DNA of 64,000 nucleotides from Candidatus Hydrogenedentota bacterium (GTDB taxonomy: Bacteria > Hydrogenedentota > Hydrogenedentia > Hydrogenedentales > SLHB01): NCBI GenBank assembly GCA_963745075.1, contig CAVUWV010000012.1, positions 170,380-234,379 of the forward strand. The letters run 5' to 3'. The position numbers and the translations under genes were made by a program. Each line of letters starts with the position of its first letter. Positions within the stretch are counted from its first letter, which is position 1. Positions 1 through 7,886 of the stretch are shown here, in pieces. Below the pieces are notes generated by a model. That model had not been told where the DNA came from, searched no databases, and was given only the letters and a program-made list of their open reading frames with translations.

Positions 1-27
1 AATACGTTACGCAAACCTAACAAACCA

Positions 28-72
28 TTCGGACCGATTGGATATTCGGCAGTGACCACCAATCGGTCCGAA
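28..72. repeat. Perfect 14-bp inverted repeat with 17-bp spacer (operator or hairpin)
   Basis: ttcggaccgattgg (28-41) and ccaatcggtccgaa (59-72). Confidence 0.7.
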
Positions 73-175
73 GTCTTTTACATCGAGCATCTTCCGTAGT
101 CGGGAATCCGGCCGAGCGTTCGGGTGTTTCCCCCCTTTGAGGGGTTGGTATGACTCCCCACAAGGAATCGCGAAA

Positions 176-859
176 ATGACCGGGCCGTTTCTGCTTCCCC
201 GCCGAACGTTTCTGGAAGGGCTTGCTGCCGGCGCTTTTGCCTTTGCGGTGCCTGAGGCGTTTGCGGAAGCTTTGACGCTGACGCCGCGCCAAACGCAAGG
301 TCCGTTCTATCCGGACCACCTGCCGCTCGACCGCGACAACGATTTGCTGATCGTCAATGATTCAACAACCCCCGCCGTCGGAGAGGTAACGCACTTCGGC
401 GGCCGCGTGCTCGACCTCCACGGCGATCCTATCCGAAATGCCCTTGTGGAAATCTGGCAAGTCGATAATAGCGGCGTCTACTTACACTCGAAGAGTCCTG
501 GTCGCGACAAATGGGATACACATTTTCAGGGGTATGGCCGCTTCGAAACGGCGTCCAGCGGCGAATATCGCTTCCGCACCATCAAGCCGGTCCCGTACCG
601 GCAAGGAAATTTCCAACGAACCGCGCATATCCACGTTGCCGTAACCGTCCCGGGGCGCGATACGTTTACGACGCAATGCTACATTAAGGGGTATCCCTTG
701 AACGGCCAAGACACCATTTTGCAGTCCATACGCGATCCGAAAGCCCGCGACAGCGTGATTGTGGAATTCCTGCCGGTGCCCGATTCTTCCACCGGCGAAC
801 TTGCTGCGCGTTTTGACATTGTCCTCGGGTTGACTCCCGAAGACGCGGGGCACCCTTAA
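176..859 (+). CDS. Tat-exported intradiol ring-cleavage dioxygenase family protein
   Basis: RRTFL Tat motif; GPFYP, WQVDNSGVY, TIKPVPY and RTAHIH (Tyr/Tyr/His/His Fe ligands); ATG at 176 after AAGGA. Confidence 0.85.
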   Translation: MTGPFLLPRRTFLEGLAAGAFAFAVPEAFAEALTLTPRQTQGPFYPDHLPLDRDNDLLIVNDSTTPAVGEVTHFGGRVLDLHGDPIRNALVEIWQVDNSGVYLHSKSPGRDKWDTHFQGYGRFETASSGEYRFRTIKPVPYRQGNFQRTAHIHVAVTVPGRDTFTTQCYIKGYPLNGQDTILQSIRDPKARDSVIVEFLPVPDSSTGELAARFDIVLGLTPEDAGHP

Positions 860-909
860 CGCCATCCATTGGGAAGAATATCGCTCAGATTATTACGCAT
901 GATAGCGGA

Positions 910-942
910 GTGCCCGCCGGTTCTGGGAAAACCGGCGGGCAC
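910..942 (-). terminator. GC-rich hairpin between convergent genes
   Basis: gtgcccgccggtt / aaccggcgggcac 13-bp stem. Confidence 0.55.
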
Positions 943-984
943 GCCACAGCGGGGGTTGGGGGGAGTGAGGCTCTTAAATTATCT

Positions 985-1012
985 ATACAACTGCCCGCAC
1001 GGGCAGTTGTAT
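985..1012 (-). terminator. Perfect 12-bp hairpin at the lipoprotein stop
   Basis: atacaactgccc-gcac-gggcagttgtat. Confidence 0.55.
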
Positions 1013-1530
1013 TATGAATTCCTCAATTTGTCGGAAAACTCCTCCAACGATTTGTTCAGGTTTTCTATACTCTGCTGGACGGCCGCGGTGGCGTTGGCCA
1101 ACGCGTTCGCGGACATCTCCCTCAGTTTAGCGATTTGATCGTCGATGGATTCTCGCTGCGACTGCAACTGATCCAAGTTCTGTCGTAGCTGGTCGTTCGC
1201 GTTGTCTCCCATCTCGTCGAGCTTCTCCGACATGTCCTCGAGTTGCTCGTCCAATTTTTCAAGTTGTTCGTTGAAATTCTCCTGCGGCGAGTCTTGACCC
1301 AACTGCACGGCGTCCTTGATTTCGTTCTTCGCGTCCGTGGCCTCGTCTTTAATCTCGTCTTTCAATTCTTTCGCTTCGTCGCGGAGTTCATCGGCTTTGG
1401 CAGGCTCGTGGGTTTGCGTATTGTCCTGCGACCCGGCAGACGTGGAATTCGGAGCGCCAGACTGCGAACATCCGAACGCTACGACCATTGCCAAGGCGGG
1501 CAAAGCCACTACCCTATGCACCTTGTTCAT
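1012..1530 (-). CDS. Hydrophilic coiled-coil lipoprotein (YtxH/LEA/apolipoprotein-like character)
   Basis: MNKVHR start after GGAGG; lipobox VAFGC; D/E/K/Q-rich helical repeats. Confidence 0.75.
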   Translation of the reverse strand: MNKVHRVVALPALAMVVAFGCSQSGAPNSTSAGSQDNTQTHEPAKADELRDEAKELKDEIKDEATDAKNEIKDAVQLGQDSPQENFNEQLEKLDEQLEDMSEKLDEMGDNANDQLRQNLDQLQSQRESIDDQIAKLREMSANALANATAAVQQSIENLNKSLEEFSDKLRNS

Positions 1531-1566
1531 TCGCTTACCTCCTCGCCGGTTGGTGTGGAGCAAGGG

Positions 1567-1583
1567 TGCAAATAGCGTGCCAG
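1567..1583 (-). promoter_or_regulatory. sigma54 (-24/-12) promoter for the lipoprotein
   Basis: Minus strand CTGGCACGCTATTTGCA matches TGGCAC-N5-TTGCW. Confidence 0.75.
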
Positions 1584-1722
1584 TCTCCAACTCCTTTGAC
1601 CTGCCAATCGTCCGCCCCCGCGGCGGCATTGAAACTATACAACCTGTAACTTTTCTATACGAGAATATTCGCTATTCGGGGTTCGAATCCTGGAATTCGC
1701 GGTAAGACTAGTCTCGCCAACG

Positions 1723-1739
1723 TTGGCACAGACTATGCA
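1723..1739 (+). promoter_or_regulatory. sigma54 (-24/-12) promoter for DUF1328/entericidin
   Basis: TTGGCACAGACTATGCA, GG-N10-GC spacing. Confidence 0.65.
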
Positions 1740-1784
1740 CTCCGATGAGAGGTGACAACCTGACGATGGTGAAAGGAGGTCCAT

Positions 1785-1958
1785 ATGCTGTATTGGGCTT
1801 TAGTCTTTTTCATTGTGTCGATTGTGGCAGCGCTTTTCGGTTTTGGTGGAATCGCGATAGCCGCAGCCGGCATTGCGAAAATCCTTTTCTATGTATTCCT
1901 CGTCCTGTTCCTTGTCTTTTTGATCAGCGGCCTGGTCGGGCGGCGCCCGGTGGTCTAG
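1785..1958 (+). CDS. DUF1328 / UPF0391 (YtjA-like) small membrane protein, 57 aa, absent from the ORF track
   Basis: Hand translation [67 protein letters not shown]. Confidence 0.92.
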   Translation: MLYWALVFFIVSIVAALFGFGGIAIAAAGIAKILFYVFLVLFLVFLISGLVGRRPVV

Positions 1959-2046
1959 AGGGCGAACTCAGTCTTCTCGCAAGAGCGAGGCGCCTCGGCG
2001 AGCGTTCCTCTTGAGTGAAGACGCAACGAAGAGGAAGGACATTACG

Positions 2047-2193
2047 ATGGAGACGTTGCAAAATATCGGAATCGCCGTAGTGGCTGTTGCGTTGCTAGTG
2101 CTCGCGGGATGTAACACGGTCCACGGCGTTGGCGAAGACGTTGAAAAAGGCGGCGAAGCAATTCAGGGTGCCGCCACCGATGCCCAGAACTAG
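2047..2193 (+). CDS. Entericidin EcnA/B family lipoprotein
   Basis: LAGCNTVHGVGEDVEKGGEAIQGAA signature. Confidence 0.9.
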   Translation: METLQNIGIAVVAVALLVLAGCNTVHGVGEDVEKGGEAIQGAATDAQN

Positions 2194-2329
2194 TATTCAC
2201 CGGCGATGACGCGTGATTTCAAGGCACAACGGGTGCGGTAGTCGGCGTTTCTCCCTCAAGACCATTTGGCCAATGAAAGTGTAAGGAGAGAATGGTCTTG
2301 AGGGAATTGTTTGTTGGAGGCAAGCGGCA

Positions 2330-3118
2330 ATGATAGCGCTTATGACCTTGTTGGCGATCCTGACCTTGTCGATCCTGGTTACCCGGGTAGCGACCATCGC
2401 CTTGGTTCACACCGGTTTGGCGCCCCAGGCGGCGCGATTCCAGGCGCGTTCCGCATTCACCGGGGTCGGCTTCACAACGAATGAAGCCGAGAAGGTGGTC
2501 AACCATCCCGTGCGCCGCCGAATCCTCCTGCTGCTCATGCTACTGGGTAATGCCGGGATCGTAAGTGCCGTGGCGTCTATGATGCTCACCTTTGTGGATA
2601 CCCAGGCCGAATCCGATTGGTTAATCCGGGTGGTGGTGCTCGTCGCCGGTATCGCCGCGCTCTGGACCGCAGCGCACAGCAAGTGGTTGGACCAGCGGCT
2701 TTCCCGCGTGATACGCGCCATGCTCACGCGATGGACCGATTTGGATGTACGCGACTTTGCTTCCCTGTTCCATCTCGGCGGGGATTACCAGATCGCGGAA
2801 CTCCAGGTTGAGCCCGATGACTGGATGGCCGACAAGAAAATCGCCGAGTTGAAATTGCGCGACGAAGGATTGCTGGTCCTCGGCATTCAACGCCCGGACG
2901 GCACGTACATGGGGGTTCCCAACGGCGAGACAACGTTCAAGGCCGGTGATATTCTGCTCGTTTACGGTCGTAATGAAACCTTGACGGGACTGGATCGGCG
3001 CAAAGAAGGCATCGGCGGCACCCTGGCACATCAGGATGCCGTCGCCACCCAAGCGCAAGTCGAGCGGGAGGAATTGGAGTCCGCAACCGAACCGCAACGA
3101 TCGAAGTCCGAATGTTGA
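2330..3118 (+). CDS. Membrane protein with potassium-channel-like segment and TrkA-C (RCK-C) domain
   Basis: ARFQARSAFTGVGFTT motif, TM helices, C-terminal VLGIQR...GDILLVYG. Confidence 0.85.
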   Translation: MIALMTLLAILTLSILVTRVATIALVHTGLAPQAARFQARSAFTGVGFTTNEAEKVVNHPVRRRILLLLMLLGNAGIVSAVASMMLTFVDTQAESDWLIRVVVLVAGIAALWTAAHSKWLDQRLSRVIRAMLTRWTDLDVRDFASLFHLGGDYQIAELQVEPDDWMADKKIAELKLRDEGLLVLGIQRPDGTYMGVPNGETTFKAGDILLVYGRNETLTGLDRRKEGIGGTLAHQDAVATQAQVEREELESATEPQRSKSEC

Positions 3119-3160
3119 GTCGCGCCAATTCCGACTGTCGGGAGTTCCGCGCCGGTCTGG

Positions 3161-3610
3161 CTACTCTTCAGCGGGCTTGAACTGATGGTCGTAATAGTCG
3201 TCGTTCAACGTGCTGATCAACTTCTTGGACTCCGCCAAATCCGCTTCCAGCAATTCCCGCATGGAAACGAATCCGCGAAACCGGTTCTCCTTGTCCAAAA
3301 CGACGAGATGACGAAAGTTCCGGTCGAGCATGAGCGCTTGCGCCGTCTGGCGTGATTCGCTTGTCGCTACACAAACAACCTGGCTCGACATGACATCCCG
3401 TACTTTTGTGGTTGTTGGATCCAGCCCTTCCGCGACCACGCGTCTCGCCAAATCGCGTTCCGAGAACACGCCGACCACAGCGCGGTCCTCACAGACGGCT
3501 ACGGCGCCCACGCCCTTTTGCGCGAGATACGCGACCACCTCCTTGACGGTTGCGTTTGGTTCTACGAAAAAAGGTTCCCGGTCAGAGACGACATCACCGA
3601 TGGTTTTCAT
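3161..3610 (-). CDS. CBS domain pair protein
   Basis: VGVFSERD, VRDVM, FRHLVV, GFVSMRE. Confidence 0.9.
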   Translation of the reverse strand: MKTIGDVVSDREPFFVEPNATVKEVVAYLAQKGVGAVAVCEDRAVVGVFSERDLARRVVAEGLDPTTTKVRDVMSSQVVCVATSESRQTAQALMLDRNFRHLVVLDKENRFRGFVSMRELLEADLAESKKLISTLNDDYYDHQFKPAEE

Positions 3611-3756
3611 GCCTGCACCCTCCGATCCAACCCGCCTTCACGTTAGATAGTCTAGCACGGTATTTCTTGCGCCAAGGGGAATCTTGTGTTCTTGAGGGCA
3701 TTTTGATGCTGGCCCATCCGTGGAAGTCTCGGTCGGTCATAGACATCGCCCGTCTG

Positions 3757-3785
3757 TTGACGAACCACCCGACACCGCATACAAT
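3757..3785 (+). promoter_or_regulatory. sigma70-type promoter upstream of fdhA
   Basis: TTGACG-17 bp-TACAAT. Confidence 0.6.
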
Positions 3786-3952
3786 GGCAATGCAAGGTTG
3801 CGGTCGTCCCGGTGCGACGACCAAGTTTTACCATCCAGTTCCCGTATTTTCTCGTCTGGCCGTATCGCGATGGATGAGGCATTCCCCGTTGGTGCGGGGG
3901 TGGTGTGTTTCGGGCAGCTATCAGCAAGGTGCGTACCTAAGGAGGCGGAACC

Positions 3953-5143
3953 ATGGCAAGCAACAGAGGCGTGGCATACATCAAACCGGGCGTCGTCGAA
4001 GTCCAGAGCATCGATTATCCGAAGCTGGCGCTCGGCAATCGCAAGTGCGAGCACGGCGTCATTCTCAAGATCGTATCGACCAATATTTGTGGCAGCGATC
4101 AGCACATGGTGCGCGGCCGAACAACGGCACCGGAAGGGCTCGTTTTGGGCCACGAGATCACCGGCGAGATCGTCGAAGTCGGCCGCGACGTGGAATTCTT
4201 GTCCAAAGGCGATATCGTCTCTGTGCCCTTCAACATCGCCTGCGGTCGTTGCCGGAATTGTAAAGAAGGCAAGACCGGTATCTGCCTCAACGTCAATCCC
4301 GCTCGTCCCGGCGCCGCCTACGGCTACGTCGACATGGGTGGATGGGTTGGCGGCCAGGCTGAATACGTCTTGGTGCCGTATGCCGACTTCAATCTGCTCA
4401 AGTTCCCCGACAAAGACCAGGCCATGGCGAAGATCAAAGACTTGACCCTGCTTTCGGATATCTTCCCCACGGGATATCACGGAGCGGTCACGGCCGGTGT
4501 CGGACCCGGCACCATCGCCTACGTCGCGGGCGCGGGCCCGGTAGGCCTGGCTAGCGCCGCGTCGTGCCACCTGCTCGGCGCAGCGTGCGTCATTGTTGGG
4601 GACATGATTGACGAGCGGCTCGCGCAGGCCAAAAGCTTTGGGTGCGAAGTCGTCGATCTCAAAAAGGACGCGACCCTTGCCGAGCAAATCGAGCAGGTTG
4701 TCGGTGTGCCCGAAGTCGATGCCGCCGTGGACTGCGTCGGATTCGAGGCCCGGGGCCATGGTTGCGATCATTCGACAGAACACCCGGCCACGGTACTTAA
4801 CGCCGCCATGGAAGTGACGCGGGCGGGCGGCGCTATCGGTATCCCGGGGCTGTACGTGACCGGCGATCCGGGCGCGGTGGACGACAATGCCAAGATCGGC
4901 ATGCTCGGCATCCGCATCGGTCTTGGTTGGGCCAAGTCCCATTGCTTCGCGACCGGCCAGTGCCCGGTCATGAAATATCACCGCCAATTGATGCAGTGTA
5001 TCCTCCACGACAAGATCCAAATCGCCAAGGCGGTGAACGTGACTACGATCTCGCTGGACGACGCGCCCAAGGGATATAAGGACTTCGACAAAGGCGCGGC
5101 GAAGAAGTTCGTCATCGATCCACACGGCATGGTCGCCGCGTAG
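3953..5143 (+). CDS. fdhA: Glutathione-independent formaldehyde dehydrogenase
   Basis: NICGSDQHMVRGRT, GHEITG, CGRCRNC...C Zn motifs, GLGWAKSH, KKFVIDPH. Confidence 0.93.
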   Translation: MASNRGVAYIKPGVVEVQSIDYPKLALGNRKCEHGVILKIVSTNICGSDQHMVRGRTTAPEGLVLGHEITGEIVEVGRDVEFLSKGDIVSVPFNIACGRCRNCKEGKTGICLNVNPARPGAAYGYVDMGGWVGGQAEYVLVPYADFNLLKFPDKDQAMAKIKDLTLLSDIFPTGYHGAVTAGVGPGTIAYVAGAGPVGLASAASCHLLGAACVIVGDMIDERLAQAKSFGCEVVDLKKDATLAEQIEQVVGVPEVDAAVDCVGFEARGHGCDHSTEHPATVLNAAMEVTRAGGAIGIPGLYVTGDPGAVDDNAKIGMLGIRIGLGWAKSHCFATGQCPVMKYHRQLMQCILHDKIQIAKAVNVTTISLDDAPKGYKDFDKGAAKKFVIDPHGMVAA

Positions 5144-5169
5144 CCGAAATGTCGGTGCTGAAAGTAAAC

Positions 5170-5194
5170 GAGGCCGCCCCCGCCGGGCGGCCTC
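5170..5194 (+). terminator. Hairpin after fdhA
   Basis: gaggccgccc / gggcggcctc followed by ttgctt. Confidence 0.55.
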
Positions 5195-5299
5195 TTGCTT
5201 CTGAATACGATGCCATATTCCGGACCAACTGCCGCCATCACGTTGCCGTCCGGCCGAAGGCAATTCATCCTCTCGGTCGAAACGGCGCGCGATTTCGCG

Positions 5300-7744
5300 C
5301 TACTCCTCTACTTGAACGCGTCGTTCGTCGAGTTCGAAGCAAATCGTGTCGGACTTCCTGCCGGGAGCGGATACTAAAACAGTGAGGGCTTGTTCGTCCA
5401 AATGGCATTCGCGTAACGTCCCGGCTTGTTCTCCTTCGCGCGTAGGATACAGTAGGAAGACGCGTGTCACCGGCAGTGACGTTTCTTGTGTGAAGATTGC
5501 CGTTGGCGCCGGTTTGACCTCCTTGCCGTGCGTGGCGTCCCAACCCTGTATAGTCGGTTCTTTCTGTCCTTCTACGACGGTGCAGTGAAGGTCATTGGCG
5601 CCGCCCGCTTCAAGTGCCAGATTGGGTCCGGTTGGATTGTGTGTTGCGACACGTCGGTCGTCATCAACGCGAACCATCTGACCGGCTGCGAAATGAAACA
5701 ACGAATCGATCGTATGCGTTCCTTCGCCCAAAATCTCATCGACGATGACCCAATACCGTGGTTTTTGAAATAACACGTGCCGCCGATGGGTGACCTCCGT
5801 GCCGGCAGGGCCGTAACCTCCCTCGTATGCCGCGCACGCGTAGTCAAACGTATCCGTCGACTGCCAAACCGGTGCAGGCGCTTCCGGGGCCATCAGTTCC
5901 TGACCGGCGCGGATGCGGCGCTGCCCCTGGCCGTCAATCAGTACAGTCGAGTGCGCCGCCGAGCTGACGCACCACTTCCGCCAATCGTCGAGCGTGTAGA
6001 GGTACGGGCCCGGATCGATGATGAAGTTGGTCCCGTAAGCCGATAGCACGAAAGACAACTTATCCTCGTGCTGGTGGTTGGTGCCTACCGGTCCGCCGTC
6101 GAAGCAGAGATACCGGGCGTCCTTTGACCAATCACTCCGCATCACTGCGTATCCCGCGTAGGGGAGCATGCGCAACGTCGATTCCGGCGCACGGCCCTCC
6201 GCGCCGTTCGTCGCGGCATAGCGCATGTCTTCGCGGCCGAAAAGCTCGGCACCTTCACGCAGCAAACTCTGCACATCGTTTCGTTTGGAATCGCTGAACG
6301 CCGGTACCGTCCCGTCCGGCTTCATCATCCACATCACGTAGGCGTACATCCGCACCACGCCCTTCGCGTACTCGTCCGGCAACGCTACCCCCGTTTGTTG
6401 TGCGAGAACCAGCGCCCGTTTGAATCGGTCCAGACAATACAAATGGTAACTGGGGGCCAATTCATACTGCGCGCCGTCCGGATAGACCTGAAGGTCCAGT
6501 TGGTGCTGCAACCGGTCAAAGCCGGCCTTTCGCCAGGTCTCCGCGTCGGCCAGTTCGGGCCAGTAAACCGACACGCCGACCAATCCCAACGAGTCCACCA
6601 CGCTCCAATTGCTGGGACGTCGAAGCCCGGCAGGGTGATCGTGGAGGTACTGACCGTGACTCCAGATGGAGCCCAACATCAACGCCAGGGCCTGCGGCGT
6701 GAACGACGGAGAACTCAGGAATCCGTAGAAACTTTGCGGCCACGAAACCATCATGCGGTTTCCCGCTTCCAGGTTCCTCCACGAACCCACACGGGTCAAC
6801 GTATACGGTGGCGCAGGATTCTGAATGACGAAATCGGTCATTTCGTTCACAAACTCGCGCGCATATTTCTCCTTAGCCGTCTTTAAGTAGGCTTCGAGCA
6901 GCACGGCAAAATGATGGTGACTGTTGAAGTTCCAAAGCCATTCCGCACTGGGTGCGCCTGCCGGTTGCCGGTTCCACTCGATAACCGGACCCATTTCGAT
7001 GGTCGTATCGTACTCGGTAAACACATGGTCGCAAATGCGGTCGCCGTTCGGGTCCGACGACGACTCGGGATGCTCGCTTACGCGACGATGCATGCCTCGC
7101 GGCTCCTCTTTACGGCGATAGTATTCCGACAATTCATACAACGCGAGTGCGTACTTGTTGTCTTGGTATGCCCGACGAACCCGTTCCAGACCGGGGTAGG
7201 AAAGGTTCAGCATCGATTCGAACAACTGCTTCCGAAAATGCTCCTGGGTGAGGACGAAATTCTCCGGCGAACTCAGACTTGCATACACCGACCGGTCGTC
7301 AAGTTCCGGTACGTCAACGTCGCCAATTCGCAGCGTTCCGTCGGACAGCGACAATCCCAACGTCGCCACAGGGCCCCGCTCGATGTCGTACACCGCGTCG
7401 GAAAGCCAGCGGGAATCTCCACCCGAAACAACGATTCCGTGGATCTTCTTTCCGGACACTTGTTCCGGTTCAAATTCGATCTGCGCCCACCCGAACCGCT
7501 TCACACCTGCCTGAACGGCGTCCGGCGGGACCGGGAATGGTTCAGGCATCTCAGCGTTCATCAACTTCTCAATCTGTTCGACGCTCACGTCTGTTGGGAC
7601 GGGCTCGCCAGCGATACCTCGTGCCGTGCGCGCCGCCCAATCCCCCGTGACCACGCGCCAACCACCCTCTTCAAAGAGAACCTCCGACGCTTGGGCACGG
7701 GACATAACCCCAATCATGACAACGACAACACAGACTCTTCGCAC
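5300..7744 (-). CDS. Secreted heparinase II/III family polysaccharide lyase
   Basis: Signal peptide; WRNLEAGNR, SNW, PDGAQYE..PSYH, HQHEDKLSF, HSTVLIDG. Confidence 0.85.
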   Translation of the reverse strand: MRRVCVVVVMIGVMSRAQASEVLFEEGGWRVVTGDWAARTARGIAGEPVPTDVSVEQIEKLMNAEMPEPFPVPPDAVQAGVKRFGWAQIEFEPEQVSGKKIHGIVVSGGDSRWLSDAVYDIERGPVATLGLSLSDGTLRIGDVDVPELDDRSVYASLSSPENFVLTQEHFRKQLFESMLNLSYPGLERVRRAYQDNKYALALYELSEYYRRKEEPRGMHRRVSEHPESSSDPNGDRICDHVFTEYDTTIEMGPVIEWNRQPAGAPSAEWLWNFNSHHHFAVLLEAYLKTAKEKYAREFVNEMTDFVIQNPAPPYTLTRVGSWRNLEAGNRMMVSWPQSFYGFLSSPSFTPQALALMLGSIWSHGQYLHDHPAGLRRPSNWSVVDSLGLVGVSVYWPELADAETWRKAGFDRLQHQLDLQVYPDGAQYELAPSYHLYCLDRFKRALVLAQQTGVALPDEYAKGVVRMYAYVMWMMKPDGTVPAFSDSKRNDVQSLLREGAELFGREDMRYAATNGAEGRAPESTLRMLPYAGYAVMRSDWSKDARYLCFDGGPVGTNHQHEDKLSFVLSAYGTNFIIDPGPYLYTLDDWRKWCVSSAAHSTVLIDGQGQRRIRAGQELMAPEAPAPVWQSTDTFDYACAAYEGGYGPAGTEVTHRRHVLFQKPRYWVIVDEILGEGTHTIDSLFHFAAGQMVRVDDDRRVATHNPTGPNLALEAGGANDLHCTVVEGQKEPTIQGWDATHGKEVKPAPTAIFTQETSLPVTRVFLLYPTREGEQAGTLRECHLDEQALTVLVSAPGRKSDTICFELDERRVQVEE

Positions 7745-7886
7745 AACGCTATCCCCCGATTAACCAACGGTTCCGTTGATGGATAGTATCAACCCGATGC
7801 ACGGTCCAACCACCCCGAAGAAGGTCCACCCCTTTCGTTCAACGAGATATGGACTTCGCTGCGTACAACCCATTACTCTTGCACCT

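Noticed and set aside
1676..1695. GGTTCGAATCC tRNA T-loop-like motif
   Set aside because: T-stem is mismatched and there is no acceptor stem, D arm or anticodon arm.
1745..2014. 89-aa ORF in the track
   Set aside because: Overlaps the real DUF1328 gene in another frame, which has the RBS and the family signature.
3737..5263. 508-aa antisense ORF over fdhA (similar cases: 17424-19334, 37276-38691, 44614-45768, 62055-63413)
   Set aside because: Shadow ORFs expected in high-GC coding DNA; no recognisable motifs.
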